Assembly (NCBI GenBank): GCA_963763775.1
Contig: CAVXPZ010000001.1
Location: forward strand, 64,001-128,000
Direction of reading: 5' to 3'
Source of the DNA: an uncultured Chloroflexia bacterium
Lineage (GTDB): Bacteria; Chloroflexota; Limnocylindria; Limnocylindrales; CSP1-4
DNA: 64,000 nucleotides
Each line of letters opens with the position of its first letter. Position 1 is the first letter of the stretch. This document shows, in pieces, positions 51,761-61,432 of the stretch. The translations under genes were made by a program, and so were the position numbers. The notes under the pieces were generated by a model that had not been told where the DNA came from, ran no database searches, and was given only the letters and a program-made list of their open reading frames with translations.

Positions 51761-52205
51761 ATGGCGATCGGCGCCCTGGTCGCGACCGTCCTCGGCGGAT
51801 GCGACGCATCGCTCGCTTCCGGTCGCCTCCGACGAGCCGCCCGTGACGCCTCCGCCGGCCAACATCATCGACCAGCTGGTCCGATCGACGATCCAGGCCA
51901 CCGGCGCCGAGGCCCCGTATCAGGTGCTCGAGATCCGCGAGGGCGCCTTCGACGACCTCCGGGGCCTCACGCCCGAAGCCGAGGCCGCCGGGTCGATCAC
52001 GCCCTATGCCACCGGTCGCCGGAGCCTCGACCGGCGGGTCTGGCGGGTGCGGCTGATCGCGACGGAGCCTTCGACGGCGTGCACCGGCGACCCGTGCGTG
52101 CGGCCGCAGTTCTATGTCGAGGCGTTCCTCGACACCACGACCGGGTCGGTGATCGCGGTCGTCACCGGGCCGGTCCCATCCGGCCTCGCCTCGCCCGCGC
52201 CCTGA
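51761..52205 (+). CDS. Probable lipoprotein; frameshift near 51815
   Basis: [14 protein letters not shown] lipobox in one frame, globular part in the 51723-52205 frame. Confidence 0.5.
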
Positions 52206-52214
52206 CGCGACCCG

Positions 52215-53043
52215 CTACGCCCACGGGCGGAGCGGTGCCAGGAACGACACGATCGCCTCGGTCAGCCGCTCCGGGACCTCCATCCCGATCATGTGCGCGA
52301 CGTCGTCCCAGACGATCGCCCGGGCGTCCGGGGCGTTCGCCGCGAGATGGCGGGCGGTCGCGGCCACCTCGCTGAAGTCCAGGCCGCCGGCGACCGCGAG
52401 GACCGGCACACGCAGCTCGGCGAGTCGCGCGTTCGCATCCGGCTCGAAGACGATGGGCTGCCCGTCGATATGCCCGGGCTGGTACAGCGCCGCGTCCATC
52501 GTCGCGGACCGCCTCGCGGATGGCCGCGTCGACGCGCCCCGCGTCCTGGCCGGGACCGTCGACCCACGCACGGACGTCGATGTCGGCGATCGCGTCGGGA
52601 TCGGGCGGGTCCGCCGACTCGAGGGCGTCCATCGCGTCGAAGAGCTCGATCTCCTCCGGCGTCGCCCCGCCGTCGAAGCCGCCGAGGCCGGCGCCGACCC
52701 CGACGACCGCGACGAACCGGTCGGGGTACTCGATCACGGTGTCGAAGGCGATGTGCCCGCCACGCGAGTTGCCCACGATCGCCGCACGTCCGATCCCGAG
52801 GGCATCCAGCACGGCGACCACGTCGGCGCGGTTCGAGAACGGCACGTCTTCGGTCACGGTCGCGCCGAACCCACGCTGGTCGTAGCGGACCACGCGATGG
52901 CCGGCCGCGACGAGCAGGGGTGCCATGGCGTCCCAGGCCCGCAGGTCCGCGATGCCGGCATGGAGCAGGACGATCGGTGGCCCGGCCCCCTCGTCGACCG
53001 TGTTGAGCCGTCCCCCGGGGACGTCGATCCAGGTCTGCGTCAT
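52215..53043 (-). CDS. Alpha/beta hydrolase; frameshift near 52500
   Basis: LLHAG, YDQRGFG, GNSRGG nucleophile elbow, GGLD, VAHM. Confidence 0.88.
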
Positions 53044-53092
53044 GCCACAGCGTCTCCATGCGGGCTCCACACTCGGTCTCGAGGATAGCGGC

Positions 53093-54046
53093 ATGGAACC
53101 GATCATCCGTGTCAGTCACCTGACCAAGCAGTACAAGAAGTCCACCACGCCCGCGGTCGACGACATCAGCTTCGACGTCGCTCCCGGGGAACTCTTCGCC
53201 TTCCTCGGCCCCAACGGGGCAGGGAAGACGACCACGATCTCGATCCTGACCACGATCCTGGCCAAGACCAGCGGGACGGTCACGATCGCCGGCCACGACC
53301 TCGAGACCGATGCGACCGGCGTCCGCCGCCAGATCGGGATCATCTTCCAGAACCCGAGCATCGACGAGCACCTCTCCGGCGAGGAGAACATCCGCCTCCA
53401 CGTGGCGCTGTACGGCCTCTACGGCTATCGCCCGTTCTATCGCGCCATGCCGGCCGAGTACCGGCGCCGGGTGGAGGAGCTCGCGGCGATCGTCGGCCTC
53501 TCGGACGACATCGACAAGCCGCTCCGGACGTTCTCCGGGGGCATGAAGCGCAAGCTCGAGATCATCCGCAGCCTGATGCACCGGCCGCACGTCCTGTTCC
53601 TCGACGAGCCCAGTTCCGGCCTCGACCCGGTGAGCCGCCGCGGCCTGTGGGACTACCTTCGGCGGGTCCGCCAGACGGACGGCACGACGGTCTTCCTCAC
53701 GACGCACTACCTCGAGGAAGCGGAGGACGCGGACCGCGTGTGCGTCATCGACCACGGCCGGATCTCGATCATCGGCACCCCCGACGACCTCAAGCACGAG
53801 CTGCTCGACCGATCCGTGCTGCTCGACGCGCCGGACCGCGCCGCGCTCCGCGCCGAACTCACCGGGCTGGGGCTCACGCCCGTCGCCGATGCCGCCGGGC
53901 TCCTGCGGGTGCCCTACGCCGGCGCCACGGCGCAGGACCTGATCGCCCGGATCGGCACCCCGCTGTCGGTCCTGCGCGTCCACGAACCCAGTCTCGAGGA
54001 GGCCTACGTGGAACTCCTCCGAACATCCGAGGAGGCCATCGCATGA
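53093..54046 (+). CDS. ABC-2 (DrrA-like) ATP-binding protein
   Basis: GPNGAGKT, FSGGM, LFLDEP, TTHY. Confidence 0.94.
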   Translation: MEPIIRVSHLTKQYKKSTTPAVDDISFDVAPGELFAFLGPNGAGKTTTISILTTILAKTSGTVTIAGHDLETDATGVRRQIGIIFQNPSIDEHLSGEENIRLHVALYGLYGYRPFYRAMPAEYRRRVEELAAIVGLSDDIDKPLRTFSGGMKRKLEIIRSLMHRPHVLFLDEPSSGLDPVSRRGLWDYLRRVRQTDGTTVFLTTHYLEEAEDADRVCVIDHGRISIIGTPDDLKHELLDRSVLLDAPDRAALRAELTGLGLTPVADAAGLLRVPYAGATAQDLIARIGTPLSVLRVHEPSLEEAYVELLRTSEEAIA

Positions 54047-54883
54047 CCGCCATCACCGGCACCCGCGCCGGAACCGATCGCCGGCAGCCGCCGCGCCGTC
54101 ATCGCGCGCGAGGTGAACGCCACCTTCGCGATCGCCTGGCGGGAGATCCTCCGGGCCGTCCGGAGCCCCGTCTCGATCGCCGTCACGGTCATCTTCCCGA
54201 TCCTGTTCATCGGGATCCTCGGCGGCAGCATCGACCAGAACCTCAGCGGGGCGATGGCGTTCGCGTACCTGCCCTACATGCTGATCGGGATGGTCGCCAA
54301 CGCCATGTACCAGGGGACGATCGGCGGCGTGACCAGCCTGATCGAGGACCGCGAACGTGACCTGACCGCAGAACTCTTCGTCGCCCCGATCTCGCGCTAC
54401 GCGGTCCTCGTCGGCAAGCTGATCGGATCTGGGATCGGCGCGATGTTCTCGCTGATCGGGATCGTGGCGATGATCTTCGTGATGCAGATCCCGATGGACT
54501 TCGGCGACCTGCTCCGCGTCATCGCGATCTCGCCGATCCTGGCCCTCGCCGGCGGTGCGCTCGGGATCATGTTCATCGGCCTGACCCAGGACCCGAAGGT
54601 CGTCTCCATCGGCGTGCCGTTGCTGATCTTCCCGCAGATCTTCCTGTCGGGGGCGTTGATCCCCGTGGCCGCGTCGAGCGGGATCCTCGGCCTCCTCGCC
54701 AAGATCATCCCGATGACCTACTCGATCGACCTGGCTCGCAACATCTTCTACTGGGGCAAGCCCGAGTACGGCGCCGCGGTCCTGAACCCCCCGATGCTGG
54801 ACCTCGCGGTCACCGTCGGGTTCATCCTGGTGTTCGTGGTGGTCGGGACGTACCTCTTCGTCCGGGCGGACCGGAACCGCTGA
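54043..54883 (+). CDS. ABC-2 permease; probable frameshift between the ATG at 54043 and about 54110
   Basis: About 6 TMs, EDRE..LFVAPISR..GK, FLSG, PMTY. Confidence 0.9.
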
Positions 54884-54890
54884 CGCGGCG

Positions 54891-55436
54891 TCAGCCGTGG
54901 GTCCCGACGAGGACGAGGTAGGTGACGCCGTCATCGGCCGTGACCGACGGCGTGACGGTGACGCCGTGGTAGTCCCGCGACCCGAGGTCGAGCCGGGTGA
55001 CGGCCGGCTCGACCGACGGGCAGGTGACCGGCACGGATCCGACGTCCACGCCCGCCTTGTCCTTGATCCGGCCGCCGGCCGCCCGGAGGGTGACGGTCAT
55101 CGTCCCCTCGCCCGTGCAGACGGCGATCACCGAGACGGTCGATCCGATGGTCGATCGCAGCACGGTCCCCGGGTGCTCGCCGACGTTCGCGGCGCGAGCG
55201 GCCAGCGTCCAGCCCTTCCCGAACGCGGTCACGTCGAGCGCGGGCAGCGATGGCAGGGGCGTCGGGACCGGGGTGGCGGTGGGGGAGGGCGTCGGGCTCG
55301 CGCTCGGGCCGGGTGTCGCGGTCGCGGCTGAGGCCGCGGTCCGTCCCGGGGTCGGCGTCGGCGTGGCGGACCCGCACGCGGCGATCAACGCCAGGATCGC
55401 CATCGAGGTCGCGACCATCGGCGCGTGACGGGTCAT
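54891..55436 (-). CDS. Lipoprotein with Pro/Thr-rich linker
   Basis: LIAAC lipobox; GGAGGG SD; PTPTP linker; two further Cys. Confidence 0.7.
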   Translation of the reverse strand: MTRHAPMVATSMAILALIAACGSATPTPTPGRTAASAATATPGPSASPTPSPTATPVPTPLPSLPALDVTAFGKGWTLAARAANVGEHPGTVLRSTIGSTVSVIAVCTGEGTMTVTLRAAGGRIKDKAGVDVGSVPVTCPSVEPAVTRLDLGSRDYHGVTVTPSVTADDGVTYLVLVGTHG

Positions 55437-55600
55437 CGCGGTCCCTCCGAGCATCGAACTGGGCGCCAGTATGCCGGAGGGGCCATGCCCGCTCGTCCGG
55501 CGGGCGGCCCGGCCGGCGGATGGCGCTCCTGGCCAAGCGATGGCCGCCCAGGAGCGGCCAGCCGAGAAGGTGGTGCGCGCGAGTCGACATCGGGCCGTCG

Positions 55601-55618
55601 ATAGCACTTTCGTGCTAT
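55601..55618. promoter_or_regulatory. Perfect palindrome, putative transcription-factor site
   Basis: ATAGCAC-TTTC-GTGCTAT in a divergent intergenic region. Confidence 0.5.
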
Positions 55619-55851
55619 TGCGGCTGCCGGGTCCAAGCGGACATTGGAGAGGTGCAGTCCTGACGTCTTGCGACCATTCGTGGGAGGTCACGACGGCACC
55701 GTCTGGAGGACCCGGCGACGACGAACCAGACCCTGACGCAACTCCCCGTGCGCGTCCCGGTCCGGCCGTCCGACGATCACGGGCGACGGCGACAACGCAT
55801 CCGGCTCCTTCCCGGCCGGGCGCCAGATCAGATCCTTGGGAGTGCCCCCTG

Positions 55852-56241
55852 ATGGATCCGCACGCACCTGTCCTCGATGACTGGGATCCGGCGATCGACG
55901 CCATCCTCGTCCGCGCCCGCGCCCTGACGGACGCGGAGATCGTCACGTTGGCCCGTGGCTACGTGGCCCCACCCCAGACCGGCTTCGACCGGGTCCGGGT
56001 CCTGGCGATCGCCCGGGCTCGAGCCGATCGGCCGACCCAGATCCGCGCGCTCGAATCCGGCGTCGCCGAATCGATCGGCGCGTCACTCTCGGCACCGGCC
56101 GTCCGCGCCCTCCGACGACTCGGCCTGATGGAGATCGCCGAGCGCGCCGTCACGGACGCCGCCCTCGCCGTGCTCCTTCGCGACCGGCTCGGCCCGCCGA
56201 TGGCGGCCGCGATCTCGCGGCCGTGGAGCGACCTCGCGTGA
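55852..56241 (+). CDS. Hypothetical helical protein coupled to the GGDEF gene
   Basis: GGGAG SD; GTGA overlap with the next gene. Confidence 0.6.
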   Translation: MDPHAPVLDDWDPAIDAILVRARALTDAEIVTLARGYVAPPQTGFDRVRVLAIARARADRPTQIRALESGVAESIGASLSAPAVRALRRLGLMEIAERAVTDAALAVLLRDRLGPPMAAAISRPWSDLA

Positions 56242-57494
56242 ACCGAGGCCGCCGCCGCACCGACCAACGGCGCCGCCTGCGCGACAACACGGCGCTGCTC
56301 TTCTACACGGCCGGGACCATCGTCGTGGGTGCCCTGGCCTTCGCCTGGGCCGCGCTCGTCTTCCCGATCGACGAGACCATCTCCCTGACCGCCGCAGGCG
56401 GAAAGGAGGGCATCCTCCTCGGATTGATCTTCTGGATCGCCATCGGGCTCCTGGGCGGGACCCGCGTGGAGCGCATGCACGGCCACGGCGTCCTCACCTT
56501 CCACCTGCCGTTCATCATCGCGGCGATGGCCCTCGGCGGGCCGACCGCCGGCGCGATCGTGGCCCTGCTGTGCACCATCGAGCGCCGCGAGATGCGCGAG
56601 GTCCCGTGGTACGGCACCGCCGCCAACCACGCGGCCCTGGCCCTCAGCGCCGTCGTCGGCGGCGTGGTCCTTCTCGGGGTGGACGGCTGGCTCGGCGCAC
56701 TCATGCCGGACAAGCCGCAAGCGGTCGAGCTGGTCGCCGTGATCGTGGGCGGCGGCGTGATGACCGGCATCGCCGTGGCCCTCGCCTCGGGCACGGTCCA
56801 CTTCCGCGACGGCCTCAAGCGGGCCGAACTCATCCGGCTGTACGACACGGCGTATCGCGCGACGGCCGCCACGGAGGTGGTGCTCGGCTGGTTGCTGGCC
56901 TTCACGTACAGCGCGCTCGGCTGGTGGGCGGCCGTGGTGTGCGCGATCCTCGTCCTCGCCGTGTGGCAGACCAACGAGTCGACCAAGGCGGCCAACCACG
57001 ACGCGATGACCGGCCTGCTGAACCGGACCGGGTTCGACGCCCGGCTGGCCGCGGCGATCAAGGCGTCGGCCCACGGCGACCACGTCGGTGCGATGCTGGC
57101 GATCGACCTCGACGGGTTCAAGGCGATCAACGACGAGCACGGCCACGCCGCGGGCGACGACGTGATCCGCGCGGTCGGCGACCGCCTGCGGCGGTCGATC
57201 CGGCTGACCGATGCCGCGGTCCGACTCGGGGGCGACGAATTCGGCGTCCTGCTCATGGACCTTCCCGATCACCGGACGGGGCCGATGCTCGCGAGGCGCA
57301 TCCACAAGAGCCTCATCGCCCCGATGCGCGTCCACGACCGGACCCTCCAGGTCGGTGCCTCGATCGGTATCTACGTGATCGAGCCCCCTGCCGACGAGCT
57401 CACGGTCGAGCACGTCCACGAGCTCGCCGATGGCGCCATGTACACCGCCAAGCTGCACGGCGGCGGGTTGCAGGTGGCGGCCCGGACGAGGTAG
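56238..57494 (+). CDS. Membrane-bound diguanylate cyclase
   Basis: Multi-TM N-terminus; DAMTGLLNR, DLDGFKAIND..GHAAGD, RLGGDEF, GASIG. Confidence 0.92.
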   Translation: MNRGRRRTDQRRRLRDNTALLFYTAGTIVVGALAFAWAALVFPIDETISLTAAGGKEGILLGLIFWIAIGLLGGTRVERMHGHGVLTFHLPFIIAAMALGGPTAGAIVALLCTIERREMREVPWYGTAANHAALALSAVVGGVVLLGVDGWLGALMPDKPQAVELVAVIVGGGVMTGIAVALASGTVHFRDGLKRAELIRLYDTAYRATAATEVVLGWLLAFTYSALGWWAAVVCAILVLAVWQTNESTKAANHDAMTGLLNRTGFDARLAAAIKASAHGDHVGAMLAIDLDGFKAINDEHGHAAGDDVIRAVGDRLRRSIRLTDAAVRLGGDEFGVLLMDLPDHRTGPMLARRIHKSLIAPMRVHDRTLQVGASIGIYVIEPPADELTVEHVHELADGAMYTAKLHGGGLQVAARTR

Positions 57495-57530
57495 ACGACC
57501 CGGCGCCACGGCCCCGGGGCGCGGTCGCGG

Positions 57531-58007
57531 CTAGCCGATCGTCCGAAGGACCGGGTTCACCCGGGTGACGTCGACTGGATGGTCGAAGGTGAGGACGAGG
57601 ATGTGGTCCACCCCGATCGCATCGCCGTCGCATCGCGGCCGGTCGAGCCGCATGTTGAGCCCGTCCGGCGCGATGGTGAGGGCATGGACCGTGTCGCAGG
57701 GGCTCCCGCTCCAGGTCAGGGCGATCTTGTGCGGATCGGAGGACAGGCTGGCGGTCTCGATGGCGCCGTCCGGCACGGAGGCCCCATCACCCGGCGTCGC
57801 GGAGACGGCACCGACCAGCGTCCCGGACTCGTCGGTGACGGTCACGCTCGCATCGGCGCCGATGCGCTCGATGAGGTCGACCGTGAAGACCCGGGCGGGC
57901 GACGCTGCCGGGCCCCCGGTCGGTGCGGCGGACGGGCTCGGATCGGCCGCGCAGGCGACGGCGACGAGCGCCGACAGGAACGCGACGGCGAGGATCCGGT
58001 TGCGCAT
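57531..58007 (-). CDS. Lipoprotein
   Basis: MRNRILAVAFLSALVAVAC lipobox; WSGSPCD, CDGDAIG. Confidence 0.75.
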   Translation of the reverse strand: MRNRILAVAFLSALVAVACAADPSPSAAPTGGPAASPARVFTVDLIERIGADASVTVTDESGTLVGAVSATPGDGASVPDGAIETASLSSDPHKIALTWSGSPCDTVHALTIAPDGLNMRLDRPRCDGDAIGVDHILVLTFDHPVDVTRVNPVLRTIG

Positions 58008-58262
58008 GTCGGCCACGATGCCCGATGTCCCCGAGTCGCGCCATCGTCATCCGTCCACGATCTCTCATGCGCATCTCAGGATCCGACGCGATGGTGGGGT
58101 CATACCTCCCCGGCGATCGAAGACGCCGGCGAGTCGCGACCGACCTGACGATCTCCTCCCGTCTCCCGCGGTCGACCGGCTCGCCGGCGTTCGCCGTTCC
58201 TGGCCCGACCCAGTGCCAGGAGGGCGTTTGACGGTTCCGGCGACACCCCCGACCCTTGCCTG

Positions 58263-59450
58263 GTGCGACCGCAAATCCTCGTCGCCGTGCTGGCGGCGTT
58301 CGTCGTGGGCTGCGGCAGCCCGCCATCCCCGACCTCGAGCCCCGGCCCGGGCACCGTGACCGCCGACGCCAGCGTGGCCCCTGGCGACCCGACGCCGATC
58401 CCGACCGCCCATCCCGACCCCGGGCATGAGGTCTTCGGCTACGTCCCGTACTGGGAGATGGACGCCGGCATCGCCGATCACCTCGCCAAGACCAAGCTCA
58501 CGACGCTGGCGCTGTTCTCGGTCACGACCAAGCGCAGCGGCGTCATCAACACCACGCTGAGCGGCTACAAGAAGATCACCGGCGACATCGGCACGCAGCT
58601 GATCCGCGAGGCGCACGGCCGCGGCGTCCGCGTGGAGCTCGTCTACACCAGCTTCGGCTACGACAAGAACAAGCGCTTCTTCACGGGGCCGCTCAAGGCA
58701 CAGGACAAGGCGATCGAGTCGCTCGTCGCGCTCGCGACGCAGATCGGGGTGGATGGCATCAACGTCGACGTCGAACTCATCGACGACAGCGACGTGGCGT
58801 CCTACGGGGCGTTCATCGGCCGGCTTCGCGAGGCGTTGCGCAAGGCGATCCCCGAGGGACAGGTCTCCGTGGCGACGACCTCGGGGCCGCGCGGCGCGTC
58901 GATGGCGGTCGCCGCGACCGGCGTCGGGGCGGACCGTGTGTTCCTCATGGCGTACGACTACCACTGGAAGGGCTCGGCGCCGGGCGCCTCGTCCCCGATG
59001 GACCGGCGCGACGGCCAGCCGAACGACGTGGTCTGGTCACTGGACCTGTACGCCGCCGCGGGCGTGCCCGTGGAGAAGACGCTCCTCGGACTGCCGCTGT
59101 ACGGGATGACCTGGCCGGTCACCGACGGGACGCTGGGCGCGCTCGAGACCGGTCCCGGCGACACCTGGGTCCCGCGGAGCCATCTCGACGTCCTCGATGA
59201 CCCGGCCATCGTCCCCGAACTCGATCCCGTGGAGCTCGTCGAGTTCTACGCGCTGCCGACGCCGCAGCCGGACGGCACCACGACGTGGCGGGCGGTCTAC
59301 ATCGACTCGCCGGCCACGCTCGGCCAGAAGATGGCCCTCGCCGACGATCGCGGACTTGCCGGCGTCGGCTTCTGGGCGATCGGGTACGAGCGCGGCTTGC
59401 CCGACTACACCGCCCTGATCGAGCGCTTCGCCGCCGGCAAGCTCCAGTAG
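58263..59450 (+). CDS. Glycoside hydrolase family 18 lipoprotein
   Basis: VVGC lipobox; DGINVDVE, MAYDYH, LGLPLYG, GVGFWAIG; TTGACG-17 nt-GACCCT promoter. Confidence 0.88.
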   Translation: MRPQILVAVLAAFVVGCGSPPSPTSSPGPGTVTADASVAPGDPTPIPTAHPDPGHEVFGYVPYWEMDAGIADHLAKTKLTTLALFSVTTKRSGVINTTLSGYKKITGDIGTQLIREAHGRGVRVELVYTSFGYDKNKRFFTGPLKAQDKAIESLVALATQIGVDGINVDVELIDDSDVASYGAFIGRLREALRKAIPEGQVSVATTSGPRGASMAVAATGVGADRVFLMAYDYHWKGSAPGASSPMDRRDGQPNDVVWSLDLYAAAGVPVEKTLLGLPLYGMTWPVTDGTLGALETGPGDTWVPRSHLDVLDDPAIVPELDPVELVEFYALPTPQPDGTTTWRAVYIDSPATLGQKMALADDRGLAGVGFWAIGYERGLPDYTALIERFAAGKLQ

Positions 59451-59509
59451 CGACGCCGCCCGGCAGACGCCCGGCCGGCTTGGCTATCCTCCTCGGCGAA
59501 GGAGGCCCG

Positions 59510-59628
59510 ATGTACGACCTGATCAAGTACGTCCACGTCGTCTGCGCGAGCGGCTCTTCCAGGTGTCGCGGCTCGAGCTGGTCAGCTTCGCCATCATCGT
59601 GTTCATGATGGTCGTCAAGCCGGGCTGA
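59510..59628 (+). pseudogene. Internally deleted DUF2269-like membrane protein remnant
   Basis: GGAGG SD, MYDLIKYVHVVCA fused out of frame to RLFQVSRLELVSFAIIVFMMVVKPG*. Confidence 0.65.
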
Positions 59629-59630
59629 GG

Positions 59631-60062
59631 ATGCCGCTGCCGAAGGCCCTCGCCCGGTTCAACGTCCGGGCGACCAACCGGGTGCTTCGGCCGTTCGTTC
59701 GGCGACTCCCGGGCTTCGCGCTCGTCCGACACGTCGGTCGGCGCACGGGGATCGAGCGCGAGACCCCGCTGCTGCTCTTCCGTCGCGGCGACCGCGTCGT
59801 GATCGCGATGACGTACGGGCCCGACACGGAGTGGGCCCGGAACATCCTCGCGGCCGGCGGTGCCGTCGCGATCACGCGCCGGGGGAGGGTCCGCCTGAGC
59901 GAGCCGCGTCTTGTCCACGACCCATCGCGACGTCTCGTGCCGTGGCCGGTGCGGCTGCCACTACGGCTGCTGCGGGCCGCCGACTTCCTGGTCGTGTGTG
60001 GGAGCCCGCTGACGGCGGCCTCAGCCGGGGATGGCGGCGAGGGCCTGACCCGCGAGGGCTGA
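59631..60062 (+). CDS. Deazaflavin (F420)-dependent nitroreductase family protein
   Basis: HVGRRTG..RETPL, YGPDTEWARNILAAG. Confidence 0.82.
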   Translation: MPLPKALARFNVRATNRVLRPFVRRLPGFALVRHVGRRTGIERETPLLLFRRGDRVVIAMTYGPDTEWARNILAAGGAVAITRRGRVRLSEPRLVHDPSRRLVPWPVRLPLRLLRAADFLVVCGSPLTAASAGDGGEGLTREG

Positions 60063-61226
60063 CAACGCGACGACCGCGATCGGGGGCACTCGACGGCTGA
60101 GCAGGAGCCCGAGGCCGACGGCCGCCACGACCACATCGACGGGCGCGGACACCGCCCCGGTCCAGACCGGGGTATAGAGCGCCGCGAGGAGGATCCCGAC
60201 GACCGCGGCGTTCGTGCCGGTCAACGCGCGCCGCACCGAGCTCGACGCGCGAAGCTGATCCCAGAATGGCAGGGCCGCGATCACGAGCAGCGATCCGGGC
60301 AGGAAGATCGCGACCAGCGCGATCGTGGCGCCGACGACGCCATTCGGCGCCGGCCCCGCCACGGTGCCCAGGTACGCCGCGAACGTGAAGAGCGGTCCGG
60401 GCACCGCTTGCGCGGCGCCATACCCGGCGAGGAACTGGCCCTCGGTCACCCAGCCCGGACCGACGACGCTCGCATCGAGGAGAGGCAGGACGACGTGCCC
60501 GCCGCCGAACACGAGCGCCCCGCTCCGGTAGAACGCCTCGGCGAGGGCGGCGGTCTGGCCGTCCGCGGCGCGCAGGAGGGGCAGGCCGACGAGCAGCGCG
60601 ACGAAGGCGGTCAGGGCGAGCAGCCCGGAGCGCCTCGAGATCGGGCTCGGCTCGGCGTGCGTGACGGTCGCGGCACCGGGCCTCAGCAGGAAGCGGCCGA
60701 TGAGCGCGCCGACGCCGATGATGGCGACCTGGGCGAACGGCACCGTCCAGGTCAGCGCGACCGCCGCTGCGACCAGGGCGACGGCGCGGCGCGGCCAGTC
60801 CGGCGCGAGCGTCCGCGCCATCGACCACACGGCCTGCGCCACGACGGCCACGGCCGCGAGCTTGAGTCCGTGCACCCAGCCCGCACCGGACAGGTCCGTG
60901 GAGGCGGCGACGAGGCCGAGGATCGTGAGCGCGATCGCGGACGGCAGCGTGAAGCCGATCCAGGCGGCCAACCCGCCGAGCAGACCGGCGCGCCGGGTCC
61001 CGATGGCGATCCCGAGCTGGCTGCTGGCCGGTCCCGGGAGCGACTGGCAGAGGGCGACGAGGTCCGCGAACGCGGTCTCGTCCAGCCACTGCCGTCGATC
61101 GACGTACTCCCGGCGGAAGTACCCGATGTGCGCGATCGGCCCGCCGAACGAGGTCAGGCCGAGCCCGAGCGACGCACGGAGGACCTCGCCGATGGACCCA
61201 GGCGGTCGAACGGCGGGGTCGCTCAC
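60021..61226 (-). CDS. chrA: Chromate ion transporter (long CHR)
   Basis: SFGGPIAH, QSLPGPASSQ, FGGGHVVLP, AQAVPGP; TAGCCT 6 nt upstream. Confidence 0.93.
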   Translation of the reverse strand: MSDPAVRPPGSIGEVLRASLGLGLTSFGGPIAHIGYFRREYVDRRQWLDETAFADLVALCQSLPGPASSQLGIAIGTRRAGLLGGLAAWIGFTLPSAIALTILGLVAASTDLSGAGWVHGLKLAAVAVVAQAVWSMARTLAPDWPRRAVALVAAAVALTWTVPFAQVAIIGVGALIGRFLLRPGAATVTHAEPSPISRRSGLLALTAFVALLVGLPLLRAADGQTAALAEAFYRSGALVFGGGHVVLPLLDASVVGPGWVTEGQFLAGYGAAQAVPGPLFTFAAYLGTVAGPAPNGVVGATIALVAIFLPGSLLVIAALPFWDQLRASSSVRRALTGTNAAVVGILLAALYTPVWTGAVSAPVDVVVAAVGLGLLLSRRVPPIAVVALSALAGQALAAIPG

Positions 61227-61252
61227 GGCATGAGGCTACACGGCGGGAACGA

Positions 61253-61284
61253 CGCCGCGCCCGGCGTGAGGACCGGGCGCGGCG
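61253..61284 (-). terminator. Perfect 12-bp stem-loop
   Basis: CGCCGCGCCCGG-8 nt-CCGGGCGCGGCG between the LLM gene and the chrA promoter. Confidence 0.55.
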
Positions 61285-61432
61285 GGTGAGGCGCGGGGAA
61301 GGGAGCCGCCGCCCTCAGGTCCACGGCGCGGCGCCCGCTCGCGTTCGACCCTAGGGTCGCTCCGGGTCCAGGGCTCGGCATGGGCCGAGCGGCCCGTGCT
61401 GACGGGCCGTTGGTCGTCGCGGACGCGTGGCC

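Noticed and set aside
50168-52375. 735-aa glycerol kinase fusion
   Set aside because: Artefact of a frameshift near 51630; the normal GlpK C-terminus ends at 51689 in another frame
55601-55618. CIRCE (HrcA) element
   Set aside because: Shares the TAGCAC half-site but the spacing differs from TTAGCACTC-N9-GAGTGCTAA, and no chaperone gene is adjacent
55660-55800. c-di-GMP-I riboswitch before the GGDEF operon
   Set aside because: Only fragmentary resemblance (GACGCAA); no GNRA tetraloop/receptor architecture recognised
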